From contig JAUCBJ010002288.1 of the NCBI GenBank assembly GCA_032718475.1, forward strand, positions 1-64,000: DNA of 64,000 nucleotides, in the 5' to 3' direction. The notes beneath the pieces were generated by a model. It was not told the DNA's origin, ran no database searches, and saw only the letters and a list, made by a program, of their open reading frames with translations. Position numbers and translations under genes: made by a program. This stretch comes from Nemertoderma westbladi. Lineage: Eukaryota; Animalia; Xenacoelomorpha. This document shows positions 43,921-56,256 of the stretch, one piece after another. Each line of letters begins with the position of its first letter. Within the stretch, counting starts at the first letter, position 1.

Positions 43921-46066
43921 ATACTACTACTACTACTAGGTCGAGCGAACTCGGACAGTGGAAATGAGATCCTTCCAGGCTTCCCGATTCTCCATAGTTG
44001 TCGCAATTTCGTTTCTCCTAAGTTCAGTATCCCTTTCAAGTTGATCTATATATGTTATGGCCGGTCGTCCACGACTACGCTTTCCATGAGTTGGTTGCCA
44101 GAAAAGTAGATCTGGTATGACCTCGTCTTTACTTCGCCAGCAGTGCCCACTGAATCTTAATCTGCATTCACGGAGGGTGGTTGATACAGGTGGTATTGTA
44201 CCATAAAGCTCGGCGTTTGTCATGTGTTGTCTCCAGCTGATGTTTAGGGCTGCCCTTAGTAGTCTTGTGTAGCAACTATCAATTCGTTGTTCAAGTGATT
44301 TAGTCAGTGTCCAGGTCTCACCCCCATATAAAAATACACTTTCCACTGTGGCTCGAAATAACTTAGTCTTCAGGTGCCTGGAGAGATCTGATTTCCAGAT
44401 GGTATCCATTTTTGATAGAGCTACCCAAGCCTTTGCTTTCCTAACTTCTATGTCCTTTTTGCTACTCTCTATCCATGATCCAAGGTACTGGAAGTCATCG
44501 ACCTTCCTTAGTTGATTATTATCAATGGTTGTCAAGTTTCCATCAACATTAAAGGTCATGAATTCGGACTTTGTAGCATTTATATGCAATCCAACCTCCT
44601 TAGCAGCCCTCTCCACTTTATTTAGTAGAAGCTGTGCATCTGCTAGGGTATTAGAGAGCAGGGCGATGTCATCCGCAAAGTCGGTGTCTGTGACTGCAGT
44701 TGCCGGATATCTACTACTTCTGCGTTCTTGAAGTGTGAATCCCAGGTCTTCACCCTTTGTGGCCGTCCTCATTGCGTAATCCAGCACAATTACAAATAGT
44801 AATGGTAGCTGGTCACCTTGCAGTACGCCAGCCAGGATTGAGAAAAACTCAGTTTCACCATCTGGTGAGAGTACCTGCGCTTCTGTGTCATAATATAACA
44901 ATCCAATGCCAGCAACAATTACTTCTGGTATTCCATAAGCTCTTAGGAATTCAAGCATTTTACCTCTATGGATGGAGTCGAATGCCTTCTTGAAGTCCAC
45001 AAAAGTCATGACAGCGGGGAGATTCTTTGACTTAATTCCTTCAATCAGTCTCCGTAGTGCAACTATCTGTGCTATTGTTGATCTACTTGGTCGAAATCCG
45101 TTTTGGCTCTTACGCAGTAGTTTCTCTATGTGAGGCCTAATCCTATATAGAATCATTTTATTGTATATTTTGGCAGCTACCACAAGCAGACAGATCCCAC
45201 GATAGCTTGTTGGTATACCGAGGTCTCCTTTCTTGGGGAGAGGCTTTAGTTGACCTTTAGTCCAAATTGGTGGTGGCTTTTCCCCTTTTAACATCCGGTT
45301 GCAAACATTTGGTCTGTTTAGCACTCCGGTTTTCCATACCTCCGCTGGGATTTCATCTAATCCACTCGCTTTATTATTGGACATGCTTTTAATGCTTCTT
45401 TGGAGTTCGGCAGGTGTGAAGTCCCTGTTTCTATAGGTAGTGTCTTGTCATATATTTTCCTTGTAGGGCTGACCTCGATGTTTGGTGGCTGCCCAAGCAA
45501 GTTGCTGAAGTGATTTTTCCACTTCCCAACACGTTCTTCAGGACTATCGGCTTTGAGGCGCCCCTTTGCACAACTTTTCCGACCAGATACCTCATTTACA
45601 GTTTGCCAGGTAAGTCTTGATTGTTGCTTTATGTGAGCAATTGTAATTGCTTCAGTTTTATCCTGTATGTACTTTTCCTGGCTGATGTTGTAGGCCAATT
45701 TAAGATCGTCCTTAGCTTTCTCAACCTTGTTAATGTTTTCGGTTGTTCGGTTTTAACTTTGTAGGCTATCTTAAGATCTTCTCTCTTACAAGTAACCTCA
45801 GAGTTTTGCCATGGCACATATTGTTTTCGTTTGGGTTTCTGGGGGATATGCCTCTTAGCTGATTCCTTGTGGGCTGTTATTATATTCTGGTATATTGAAT
45901 TGGTGGATTGGTCTTCATCCATTGACTGAAGTGCTTCAAAGCGGTTTTGAACTTCTACTGTATAAGCATCCTTTACAGCATTGTCAGTTCTGAGTTTTTC
46001 CCAGTCATATTTGATTTGCTTGCTTGTCCTGGGTTTGCTGGCTCTCAAACTGAGTCTGATTTTCTG
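43921..46066 (-). mobile_element. 5'-truncated RTE-like non-LTR retrotransposon nested in the BEL element; RT ORF 45384-43936 plus two frameshifted upstream segments
   Basis: RT motifs KASGLDEIPAE, YRGICLL, QNGFRP, FVDFKKAFDS, GVLQGD, FADD and FQYLGS, with an RTE-type C-terminus RLRFSGHCWR...GKRSRGRP. A (TAG)n tail starts at the stop codon. Candidate TSD CATATAAGTG at 43911-43920 and 46085-46094. Confidence 0.9.
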
Positions 46067-46701
46067 ATATAAGAGCAATTAATACATATAAGTGCAATTA
46101 ATATGGACATACGTAATCAATCAGTGCTATACATAGTCAGAGTACTACAGTATATATAGTACTATAGTCAGATACAACCTTTTTCCAATTAGCTACTGGG
46201 ACTGGGGACTAATTGACTGGAACAGGAGGACGAGACAAGGGACTCACTTATTATATACAACGTATACGTGTATAAGACCGTGGGAACCCAACAGGAGTAT
46301 GGAGAGTGAGAGCAAAAACAGGGTTAAGTATCAGAGAAGCAAGGGAGGGGAGGTATGAGAGTTTGAGGGGAAAGAGAAGATTGCGAGATCCAAGTGTGAG
46401 GGCGAGCAGAGAGGGTAATGAGTCCTATGGGACTAGTGAGCGAGGAGAATGGGCGGTAGAGTCCAGGATAAAAATTGTGTGAGGAGAAAGGGCGATCGTC
46501 TAAACAGAGACACCAGATGCCTTGGTACAGCTTAGCTCGCAGATGTACCAAGGATGGGTAGTGAAAACAGACACAGAGGAGCCAGTATGGAAAGCTGGTC
46601 CCGAGAAAAGAATTCCACCCCACATCCAATGCTAGATTGGATTCCAGCGGAATTGGAGCGCACTAAAGGTTGATGCTATCTTCTCACCGGGAAGATAGCA
46701 T

Positions 46702-47258
46702 GGGGGGGGGGGTGTTAGCGGATCCAATTCGCTGCACCACCCAGCGGAAAATGGGGAAAGTGGGGATTTACCAATTATGTTCGGCTATGTCATATTAGCA
46801 ATATAATATCACATACCGACACACCAGGGCAATATACATTGCCAGCCAGAGGGAGAGATGCCAGCTCATCTCAGGGCAGAAGCTAGCCTATTGGCCCAGG
46901 AAAGATAGGTCAGCCAATGGTGGGGTGAATTACCATCAATTAAGCGCGCATTCATTGGCTAGGCCAAAGTAGCCGCAAGTATTGTGTGTAATTATAATAT
47001 AACCGTTACCCATGATAATTGTGCCTTCAGTTGGCTATATAGAAGTGTAGAAGTCACACGATTTTTAACCGTCATCGTTGATCATGCTATTATTGTTATC
47101 TGATTGTGCTATATTAATAATCTGACATTACGAACAACTGCAACTATAAAACTCAGTTATTCGTTCGGCCTCCGGCCTTTCAGAACTGCAACAGCCTTTG
47201 AGTAGCCCAGCGGACGCAGCGACCGGTCGGGATCTTCGCCAACTCAAATCCCGTCACA
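46702..47258 (+). repeat. Polypurine tract (G run 46702-46712) and complete 3' LTR (46713-47258, 546 bp, TG...CA) of the BEL element
   Basis: A G-run sits immediately before TGTTAGCGGATCC. The LTR start matches 32824, and the TSD follows its end. Confidence 0.88.
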
Positions 47259-47706
47259 GTTTCATTATATTGTTCGTGTTTTTTTGTAAAAAATTATTTT
47301 AATCAAAACGGTCTAACAAAGTGATAACAAACATTAATTTAATAAATAGTAAAATCTACTATAATCCACAACCATTTACATCGTCGTATAAACTAGCTCT
47401 TTTTACGATTATAGTGCGAGGTGCGAGGTAAATAATAATAAATAAATAACTTTAGTTTATCTTCGAATCAACTTTTATGGGATTCATAGTTCTAGATTTC
47501 AAGAGTTTTTAAAAAGTACTAAATTCTAAAAAGACATGTATTTGTGCAAATACAATAAAAAATGATAACATATGTTTACAAAGCTGACATAATGATAACC
47601 ATTAATTATGATGCATAGGGGATATAGATAGGCCTACTGTAGGCCTATATTATTATTTAAAATTCATCAATCAGCAGAATGCCAAGCAGTATATATAATT
47701 AGTTAC

Positions 47707-48095
47707 CTCGTTATCGCTAGAATAGGGAACATTCAACCCAGCGAACGGAACATTGGGGCAGTAGGCGAGGAACACGAGACTGAATAGAATACACGAACCG
47801 GCTGATATTGCGCAAAGACGTAAAATTCCTCGGCATGTGAGTTTCAGGAGTTTGGAGAGAATGCCTCCGGTTAATGTACCGCCGGCCCCGCCCACCACTA
47901 TAAGTGCACCGAGGATGTAGGAAGCAGTGCTGCTGGTCACACCGAACTGGGTTTGTATGAACTTTAACAGGAACACAGCGCAACCATTTATAAGGAATCC
48001 GTTGAGACAGCTGCTAAGTACTACGAACATGTAGGTTGGATTCTGTATTAAATACCAAACGCATTTAGGCAAGTCTTTTATACTTTCTCCAAAAC
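47707..48095 (-). CDS. SLCO/OATP coding exon 3 (TM7-9): GFGESIKDLPKCVWYLIQNPTYM...CPNVPFAGLNVPYSSDNE
   Basis: Typical OATP motifs DLP....L..NPTY, FLLKFIQTQFG and C....FAGLNVPY. Acceptor ttcag at 48096; donor GAG|gtaact at 47706. Confidence 0.92.
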
Positions 48096-48752
48096 CTGAA
48101 AGGAAATCAAAGATTTCTAGTAAGCCTCTACTTCTTGTGTCTCTTATGATTCCTCACCTTGTGTGGTGTATCCTTCATAGATGAAGTAGTTTGAATGGGT
48201 TAATTAATACATACACATAGAGGGAGTGAAAGTGATAGTATTTGAGTACCGGTACAATGTCAACTAGCTGACTGGTGTATAGAAACTATATGAAATTGCT
48301 AGTCCATAGACTTCCAGCTGTTAAGTCTATAAACTTTCACCTAGTAGACCATTTGTCGTAATTTGTAGACACATTGACACAACTAAAGTTTATGGAGATT
48401 CTTTGAGCCATACAATATGTAGTTTATTGACCCCCAGAGCACTTCTTAAGTTGATAACTTGACCCACACGGTTGTTTGTAGCAGATAGTAGTGCCGCAAA
48501 CAACAAACTAACCGTATGTGATAAAAGTGATCTCCAGTCTGTCAGTGAAATTTACCATTATTTTTTAAAACTCAATGTTGGTGCTTTGTTTGTGGTAACT
48601 TTGCGAGATTAGGGTGTAACTCGATTGCTGAGGTGTTGTTTTACAATTAACATACAAACTACACAGTAATTCAGAACCAACAAAGATTCGTATTAAACTC
48701 CACCTCTCATAAACTGGCGGTTAGACAATATTTAATCCAAGTTTAACGCCAA

Positions 48753-49035
48753 GGTTCCACCTTGGTGTAGTGATTGCATTGAATTCACATCTCCCGTAGG
48801 TCGTGGGTTCGATCCTCACACGGGCCATGGCAATTTTCGTTTCGGCACGAATGCTTTAAAGGGACCAGCCAGGGCGCATCTCTGCCTTGCATCCTTATCT
48901 GGTAGCTAAATGAGTACTGGAGTTTCCTCTGGGGAGTAAAGTTCTGGGGGACCGCATTGGAAATAAGTCGACAGACTTTGAGCGTAATCCCTGGCCTATC
49001 GGCCGAAGAAAATGTACTTTTACTTTTTACTTTTA
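48753..49035 (+). mobile_element. tRNA-derived SINE
   Basis: A-box-like TGGTGTAGTGA and B-box GGTTCGATCC. The central ctctgccttgcatcct...taaatgagtactgg resembles the conserved MetaSINE/Sauria-type core (from recall). Ends in a (TACTTTT)n tail. Confidence 0.7.
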
Positions 49036-49096
49036 TTAATAATTTTATAGGGTCAATACCTCATGTACTGTATATGATTGTTTAATGTATATCAAC

Positions 49097-49258
49097 CTGG
49101 TTTATCGAGAATCTCATTGGACGCATTCATATGAACTTCCGATGACTTTGACAACTTTGTGTTCCGGAAGTTTGGAAGACGTTTCGGATAGGCACTGATC
49201 GGTACTGAGACAAGGAAACATAAAAAGGCTGAAGGAACGAAACCTAACCACCAATTAC
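49097..49258 (-). CDS. SLCO/OATP coding exon 2: (G)NWWLGFVPSAFLCFLVSVPISAYPKRLP...ILDKP
   Basis: Carries the OATP-signature G-x-WWLGF segment. Acceptor ctccag at 49259, donor G|gttgat at 49096, both phases fit. Not in the ORF track. Confidence 0.88.
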
Positions 49259-49716
49259 CTGGAGTAATAAAAATTTAAAAATGTGATTTATAAAATATTA
49301 GCTAATTATTTTTGTGCGTCGCGTCCTAAGGGATAGGTAGGTCCAGTATCATGGTTACCAGAGGCAAAGTAATAATTATTAATAAAATATTTATTTAGGC
49401 CTAAAGGATATGTTGGTACTGCTACCCTGAGCACCATGTACAGTAAAAGTAATATCAATATCTTTTGTTAACCTCTTTGGGGAATTTCACGAAAAATATG
49501 TTTTACATAAATGTTTCATGAGCGTTTTTATCAACAATCGCTTCGAAATGACAGCTCACATATCACCACATCAGACATGCTTTATGCGATTTCAAAAATT
49601 GCAGTGTAACTCTTCGAAAAATAGGCCTAAAAAAAAGAAATAAGAAATTGTCATTTCATTGTTCTTTTAATAAAATTATTTATTTACTTTCTGATTTTTT
49701 TTGTTTTGTAAATTAC

Positions 49717-50485
49717 CTATAAATAATTGTGAGCTCTCTGGAACTCCTTGTGACACAAAATCCGTTGGAATAGAAAGAAATATACCACTAAGGAGAAAAC
49801 CTAACGCAGGGCCTGCTATTGAAACGCTGTAGAAAACCCCCAAATATAAGGAAGAGTCAGATTTCTTAACGTTTTCATTTATGTATGAGTTGCCGACGGT
49901 ATATAGTGGCGCGAAACCGATGCCGTGGAAAATCTGGGCTAAAAAGAAAACGTACATATAGTTCGAGAGATTGGGGGTATCTGAGTCCTGGCAATCAACG
50001 TTGCTTGAGCCAGTCACACAGTAGGGAGTCTGATCGGAACCAATCACGTGATACATAGGTGTAGTCACGTGAGGTAGGAAATATATAAAGGAGCCGACAC
50101 CGTGTAACACCGCTCCCATTGCGATCCACATACTCTTGTTGTTGTCGCCTAGGTAACTGATAGGTACTAGACACAGAGCGCCCGTGATGTCATAGAAGGC
50201 AACGATCAACCCAGATTGGGTACTCAGGAAGCCAAAACGACGCTCTAAGGAAGTTATTCCCGTGTTAATGAAACCACTTATTACGAGCTGCTGAACCGTA
50301 GAAAAAAAACACATGAAGAATAAAAGAAACTTTACGTTGTTGAATATTTGCAACGATTTCGGTTTGAATTTCCCCCAACCCCAACTTTCATTATCATCGA
50401 ATCCTTCTGTAGTATCTTTTATTGCGGCTTCATTTACAGGTTGAAGTTTATTAACCGACAGTAACTTTGGTTGTTCCGCCATCAT
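49717..50485 (-). CDS. SLCO/OATP (SLCO4-like) coding exon 1, TM1-5; the joined CDS is 1,944 nt, about 647 aa
   Basis: Motifs ITSLERRFG..STQSGLI...YDI, FIYFLPH, AQIFHGIGFAPLYTVG.SYI.ENV and GPALGFLL. ATG at 50485 follows a possible acceptor at 50499; donor ATAG|gtaatt at 49716. Exon lengths 769+162+389+624 keep the frame. Confidence 0.92.
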
Positions 50486-53400
50486 AAAATCATATGTACT
50501 AATATAGAAACATATAGTTATGAATAAATTAATCAAGAAAATAATATTACGTTCATAAATTGGAAACTTTTAACAATAGTTTATATGCCAGTTTCTAAAG
50601 GGTAGACATTAAATAAAATGCTAGAAATTAGTGTTTCAATTTCAATATAATTAAGAGAAAGGTAATTAGCAATTAGCATTCATTCTATTGTCCTTGTACT
50701 GTAATTCACTTACAGTAAATTATAGTATCCAAATTATTTGCGTAGATACAATAATACAGTATATAACAAATCAAAATCACTAACTACACACAGATAATTA
50801 TCTTGATCGTCCATTAATTAAGATACATTAAATCGATATAACTTCAAACCAAAATTAAAGAAATTGTAGAGCAGATATGATTTAAGATAAAGTAAATGTT
50901 TAGAGCAGATAGGATATGAGATAATATTAATGTTACTGTGTTAAACAATATTAACTTATCTGTGTTTCTTGGTGCCTAATGTTATTTGTACTGTATTAAG
51001 CCGTGCACAAAAATTAATATAAATAATTATTAACCTCTATTACATTTAAATAACACTACTGTATTATTTATTAGTAAATTAGCATTTTGTTTGTTTAATG
51101 GTTGAATCTCAAATTATACTCTTTATAAACAATATATTGATAAATTGGTTTGGTGGAAAGCTTATTGGATAGGCGGGTGTGGCTTTTATGCGGGTGTAGC
51201 TATTGGCAACAAATGACATATTTTACAAAAGAATTATAGCTACTCCACAGTAACTAACAACTACAGTAATTCACTTTACCATTACCGCCGCGAGGTTAAG
51301 GAACTTTAATAAAGCCGCTTTATCGCGCAGCTGTATAAATAGTAATTGGTGGTAAATACAGTAGCGGCGTAGTAATAATAATATGGTACCATACCGGTAG
51401 CATACTTGTTATCAAATAGGGTTGGTGCGCGAAAATTTTTTAATATATCGTCTCAATGTTAAATTACCAATAGAAAAATATGTATCAATATATACAGTAC
51501 AGGCCACCAGAAAACGCAGATTTGTACAATTGTGAACACATTTTATCAAATGTGTACCAGTGTAATGTAATGTTGTTGAACGGGACAATTGAACATAATT
51601 GAACATAATTGAATTGGCAACAACCAAACTTTTTTCGCCAAAGGATAAAATTGAATACTTTTGAAACGCTTAGTAATCTGGAAACTCTCTGTAGTTTGCC
51701 GCGAACTGTCACTCACTGCAGCTGGAAATGCGATAAGGATTTTGTTTACCTTTATAGTGTGCGGTTAATAGTGTCTAGTAGGCAGGCCTATAGTTAGTGA
51801 TGTTAAGCCATCTTCTGGTGTTTCTCTGTGCCCTCTCGGTGTCAGACTAATGGCGCGACATCTCCCTGCACTAAATTAATTATTCAATGGTCTAGGCTCG
51901 TCCATCCATATACCCATCCACTCCCATACACTCCATGAACCTCCATGTGGTCTTGTATGTAGTTCTCTCTCTACCAATACAGCCCATGTCCGCAATGTTA
52001 CGTCCTGTGGGCTCTCTCATCTACCTGATATCGGACATACAGGCGCACCGCACACTAAGCCTTTGTCGGCAGGTCGGTCCCAGCAAGTTAGCTAGATAAC
52101 TCGCCATAACCTACCAATCAGATGACTTGAACAAATGTGTTCACATGTGATCACATTGGATGAAATCTGCTTTTTCTGGTGGCCTGTACTGTATCAATAG
52201 GAAAAGAGCAGGTTACAGTGGCTCGACATTGTAATCAAATCAATAAACTGAAGTCAATAGAAAATGGTTCAGTTTTACCTTTTATACAGTACATTCATCA
52301 GCTGTTAGATTGTGCATTATTATTACGTCACAAGTCCCCCCCCCCCCCTCTCTGTCTTTAATAAAATATGACACATAAAATTACGCACTAAAATAATATT
52401 ATTGTGATACACAATTAGAAAATCAAGGTAGAACTAACTCTGCTACAGTACTCGACTGCATTTGTTCCCAGTAAATAACAATAAATTTCTTATTTGAAAT
52501 TGATAAATAAACGTTTAATATGACGTGATTACCACAGAGAGAAAAAATAATCAAGCGTTTAAATACCACTTGGCGGCGAGAGAAAATACAAATATAACGT
52601 TAATAACCACATTGTCACAGGTAATTACAGAGATAATCGCCTGTCCCAGAAGGTGATATACGGTTACAAAACCTGAAGCAAATATAGCAGTATTTTTAAC
52701 TACTTAGGCTAATATAGTTAGGCTAGGTTTATTTGTTGAATTATTATAACTTTATATATTTTCCTGGGACAAGCGATAATCAGTATTTCTTGTAATATTC
52801 GGGTTATTTTGGTGATTAATTTTGAGAACTACTATTGTATTTCTCGTAACACACAGATCCACGCCCGAGCATTACATTCCCAATTGATCATCATGCTGGC
52901 TATTTAAAAAAAAAAACCTTCTAAAACATATTTTGAGGGGAGAGCCACGAAGTAAGGTTAGCCTTTTCGTAGAGGTAAAAAAAAAAAACATTAATCAATA
53001 ACCAGTCGATCGATCGGGAATTCCGACTATTTGAACGATATATAATAACCTCAATGAAATGTAACCAAATTTGGTACACATGTACATACTGTACACTAAG
53101 AAATCTGACAAATTATAATATGTCTGCCAATAATGTACTTCTTTTCAGCTGCGTCTTTTCATACTGGACTGGTCATCTTCGTGACTTTCTTTTTTTTCCC
53201 GTCTTCCAGACGCTTTTAATATATAAAAATGTATCATACAGTAGGCCTACATACTTGTGTTTTTTTTTCCCTGTATTGTATTGATTTTCTTTATTCATTG
53301 CAGTTTGTGCTTCCCTGCTCGGGGCCCCACCCCACCATACCTAGCTATATTATTATAATTTGTTAATCTAGTCTGTTGTTTAAATCACTGTGATATGGGT

Positions 53401-53769
53401 GTTCTTTGCCTGGCATAAATAAATAAATAAATAAATAAATTCAATATATAAACAGTAAAATCAAGAGTGGGAAATTCAAATTCAAAGTAAATAATTATCA
53501 ACCCTTAGGCCTACTGCCTTTGTGCCTTTCTAATGATTTCATGATGTCCCGTCATGTTCGTGCTTTTAAGAATTAGATAATTTTCACCCTAGGCCCTACA
53601 ATTTTATTAGCATATAAATCTTGCTTAAGGTTTGCCCACCACCGAGATAGTAACATCGGATATAAATCAGTCTACGCGGCAATTTCTTACTTACCAGTGC
53701 AGCAGTGCAGACAGCAGTAACGTACCGGTAGTCCTACTGTATGTCATTACTTCTGAGTCTCTAGCGGAT

Positions 53770-54140
53770 CCCCAATTAAATGTCTTAACTTTTCAATTTC
53801 GTAAAAGATAGACTTTATGATTCTCTACAAGCAACCAAAATTTCAGCTCTGGAAAATGAGGCGTTCCAGAGAAATTTAACATTTTCTAAAAACCACATAA
53901 TCTATCGTAGCTAGCTGGACGTCAGACTGAATGATTTTTCACCAAACTTTCGGCCTACAACTTTCCCTCTACTACTTACCTACTAAGTTTGGTTAAATTC
54001 CGAACCAGTGATGCCAAGAAATTCGCGTTCAAACATTTACTGGACAGACAGGCGGACGGACGGACCGACGGGCAGACATGCACAATTTGCCCTTTATGAA
54101 CCGTATGCCAAGGCTTACCGACTACGTGTCGACACGTGCA
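53770..54140 (+). mobile_element. DINE-1/HINE-like non-autonomous element; boundaries approximate
   Basis: accaaaatttcagctct and taagtttggttaaattc cores, a (GACA/GACG)n microsatellite and a 3' palindrome cgtgtcgacacg. Confidence 0.45.
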
Positions 54141-54194
54141 CACACAGTAGGACGAATCATCAAAATACTGTACATTCGTATTTTACTGACTCCA

Positions 54195-54651
54195 GTAACT
54201 GATCTAGACTTTGCCGATGACTTAGGAGTACTTTCAGAATCACTAGAGGGAGCCCAACGGCTCCTCAGCTCATTAGAACAGGCTGCTTCTAGTGTTGGTC
54301 TTTTTATTAACTCCAGAAAGACCAAAATTTTGACAGTTAACTCTGAAAGTCCTCAGCAAGTCTCTGACCGGATGAGCATAAGCTCAAACAGTCAAAGGAT
54401 GGTATGCTTGAGCATGTGGACGAGTTCTGTTACCTGGGATCATGGATCCGGAAGTCAGGTGAGGACCTTCGAATACGTAAAGGAAAGGCATGGACAGCCT
54501 TGAATAGGCTTTCCAGGATTTGGAAGTCACCGAGAATTAATCGTAAACTTAATGTCCGATTATTTAGAGCAGCAGTAGTTCCAGTACTCCTCTATGGGAG
54601 TCCATGCTGGGCTCTAACTGCTGAGGACACCAAATCTCTGGATGGCACATT
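54195..54651 (+). pseudogene. Fragment of a second RTE-like LINE reverse transcriptase (frameshifted)
   Basis: VTDLDFADDLGVLS..LEGAQRLL, INSRKTK, EFCYLGSWI, RKGKAWTAL and LFRAAVVPVLLYGS. Colinear with, but diverged from, the 43936-45384 RT. Confidence 0.85.
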
Positions 54652-55956
54652 TGTAAAAGCTTTTGCGTCATTAACCGGTTATTTTCCCTTAAAGTACTCT
54701 GTAGTTGGTTTGCCAGGCATAAAAAGGCCGTGTCCTTGCTGTACTGGTGTTTTAGAGGACATAAAAGTCATTTCTTCTGTATTTGAACTGTATTTGTACT
54801 TTAGAGGACATAATCTGCAATTTCATGACGTAAAAAGCTCGATACTCTTGAAAACAGTGTCGCTACCATGACGACGGCTAACGGCTGATATTGCCACGTT
54901 GCAGCTTTCTGTATCTGCCAATAGAATTTGAGTTAGCTTTGATTTTGACCTATCACAGAGCTACTGAACTGAATTTTCCTATCTCACTGCTCTTTCTCTG
55001 TGTTGGACGGGAGCTTCGTGGAATAAGGGTAGCTGGTATTCTTATAGTTATTCTTATCAGTGTTGTTAGTGATTCTAAGCCAGGAAGAACGGCTTTAGAG
55101 TATTTTGTGCTTTTCTGCTTTAGCCTTACACTAGTAGGCTTAATTATAAGGACATATATCCTTTATCGACCTGCATAACATCCATAAATGCGGCATACCA
55201 TACCAAATCATTTATACCTTAACTTTACTGATTTTGCTGTCGGTTATTCATTATATTTGTTGATGAATTATTATATTGGAATAACGAGAAATAACCCCGA
55301 AAACCCAATATTCTTGATATACCGAAGGTAAGAGAGAAGGGTTACATATAACGATTGTGACTTATGTTAAAGTGGTTTGCAGTGAATCTAATGTTATTTG
55401 ATAGACCCTACATGATTCAGTCCGTGTTCCTTTTATATGTGACTAAAATCAGTGAAGATCGGCAGATTAGTGTGCAGTATTGTGCAGCATTGTGTATGAG
55501 TGAAACTGATAAAGAAGCATTACCTAAAGAATGCGACATATATGTGAATTATAACTAGGCCATATCGTTGTGAGTAGTTTAAGTCATAACTCTGTTTATA
55601 TAGATAGAGCGCCACGTCCTAAAGGAACTGTTAATATTCCCCGAAGGTGAATAATATTGTCAGAGATTATATAATACTGTCAGTCGAATAATACATTAGG
55701 CTTACATAGCAATACGATTAAGCCGTCGAAGTCAATCTCCCGGGTATATCCAACGGGTGAATGATCGCGCACAGATTGGTTTCAACTAGTGTAGTGAATC
55801 AAATACTTGTTAGAGGCTAAAGCGATTTATTATCTAGAAGACATCCTAATTTGGCGGGTTAAACTGCCAAAGGTCTGAAAGCGCGAACAATAAAGGATAT
55901 AGCTTCTTTATTGCAGTAAGCAATAAAGTTGAAAATACCGGTCAACCGGTAAACTT

Positions 55957-56083
55957 GAACCGGTACTTCTGTAGGTCAGTAGGCCCAACTGCCAGAACCG
56001 GTACTGCTGTAGGCCCGTAGGTCCAACTGCCAGAACCGGTACTTCTGTAGGTCCGTAGGCCTAACTGTCCTAACCGGTACTTC
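55957..56083 (+). repeat. 38-bp tandem repeat, about 3.3 copies (GAACCGGTACTTCTGTAGGTCCGTAGGCCCAACTGCCA-like)
   Basis: Copies start at 55957, 55995, 56033 and 56071. Confidence 0.9.
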
Positions 56084-56256
56084 CCGTATAAGTACATTAG
56101 TATTATTCGATTTGGATTATTATAGGCCGGTAGGTCTTAATAATTAATCGGGGACGCCTGGTTTTTATTGAGATTTTACTTATTTCTGTCAAGTTTTATT
56201 TGTTTGTAGGCCAGTATTGAACAGAAGACGTGTAAGCCTGATCAGATTGTACAGAC

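Larger units (their letters stand above)
32824..47258 (+). mobile_element. BEL/Pao LTR retrotransposon, degenerate, 14,435 bp including nested insertions, antisense within the last SLCO intron
   Basis: Starts TGTTAG and ends TCACA. The 5-bp TSD GTTTC is at 32819-32823 and 47259-47263. Domain order is gag-PR-RT-RH-IN with Pao-type motifs. Confidence 0.92.

Noticed and set aside
48753-48845. tRNA gene
   Set aside because: A and B boxes are present, but there is no convincing cloverleaf, and it continues into a SINE body and tail.
50486-50536. N-terminal extension MINLFITICFYISTYDF of the SLCO ORF, and similar ORF-track extensions on other exons
   Set aside because: These are intron or UTR sequence read through from non-ATG starts. 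Splice signals and homology delimit the exons more narrowly.
54652-55130. Solo LTR (TGTAA...TTACA) interrupting the RTE fragment
   Set aside because: The flanks (ACATT vs CTAGT) give no TSD, there is no second copy in the window, and the LINE does not visibly resume afterwards.
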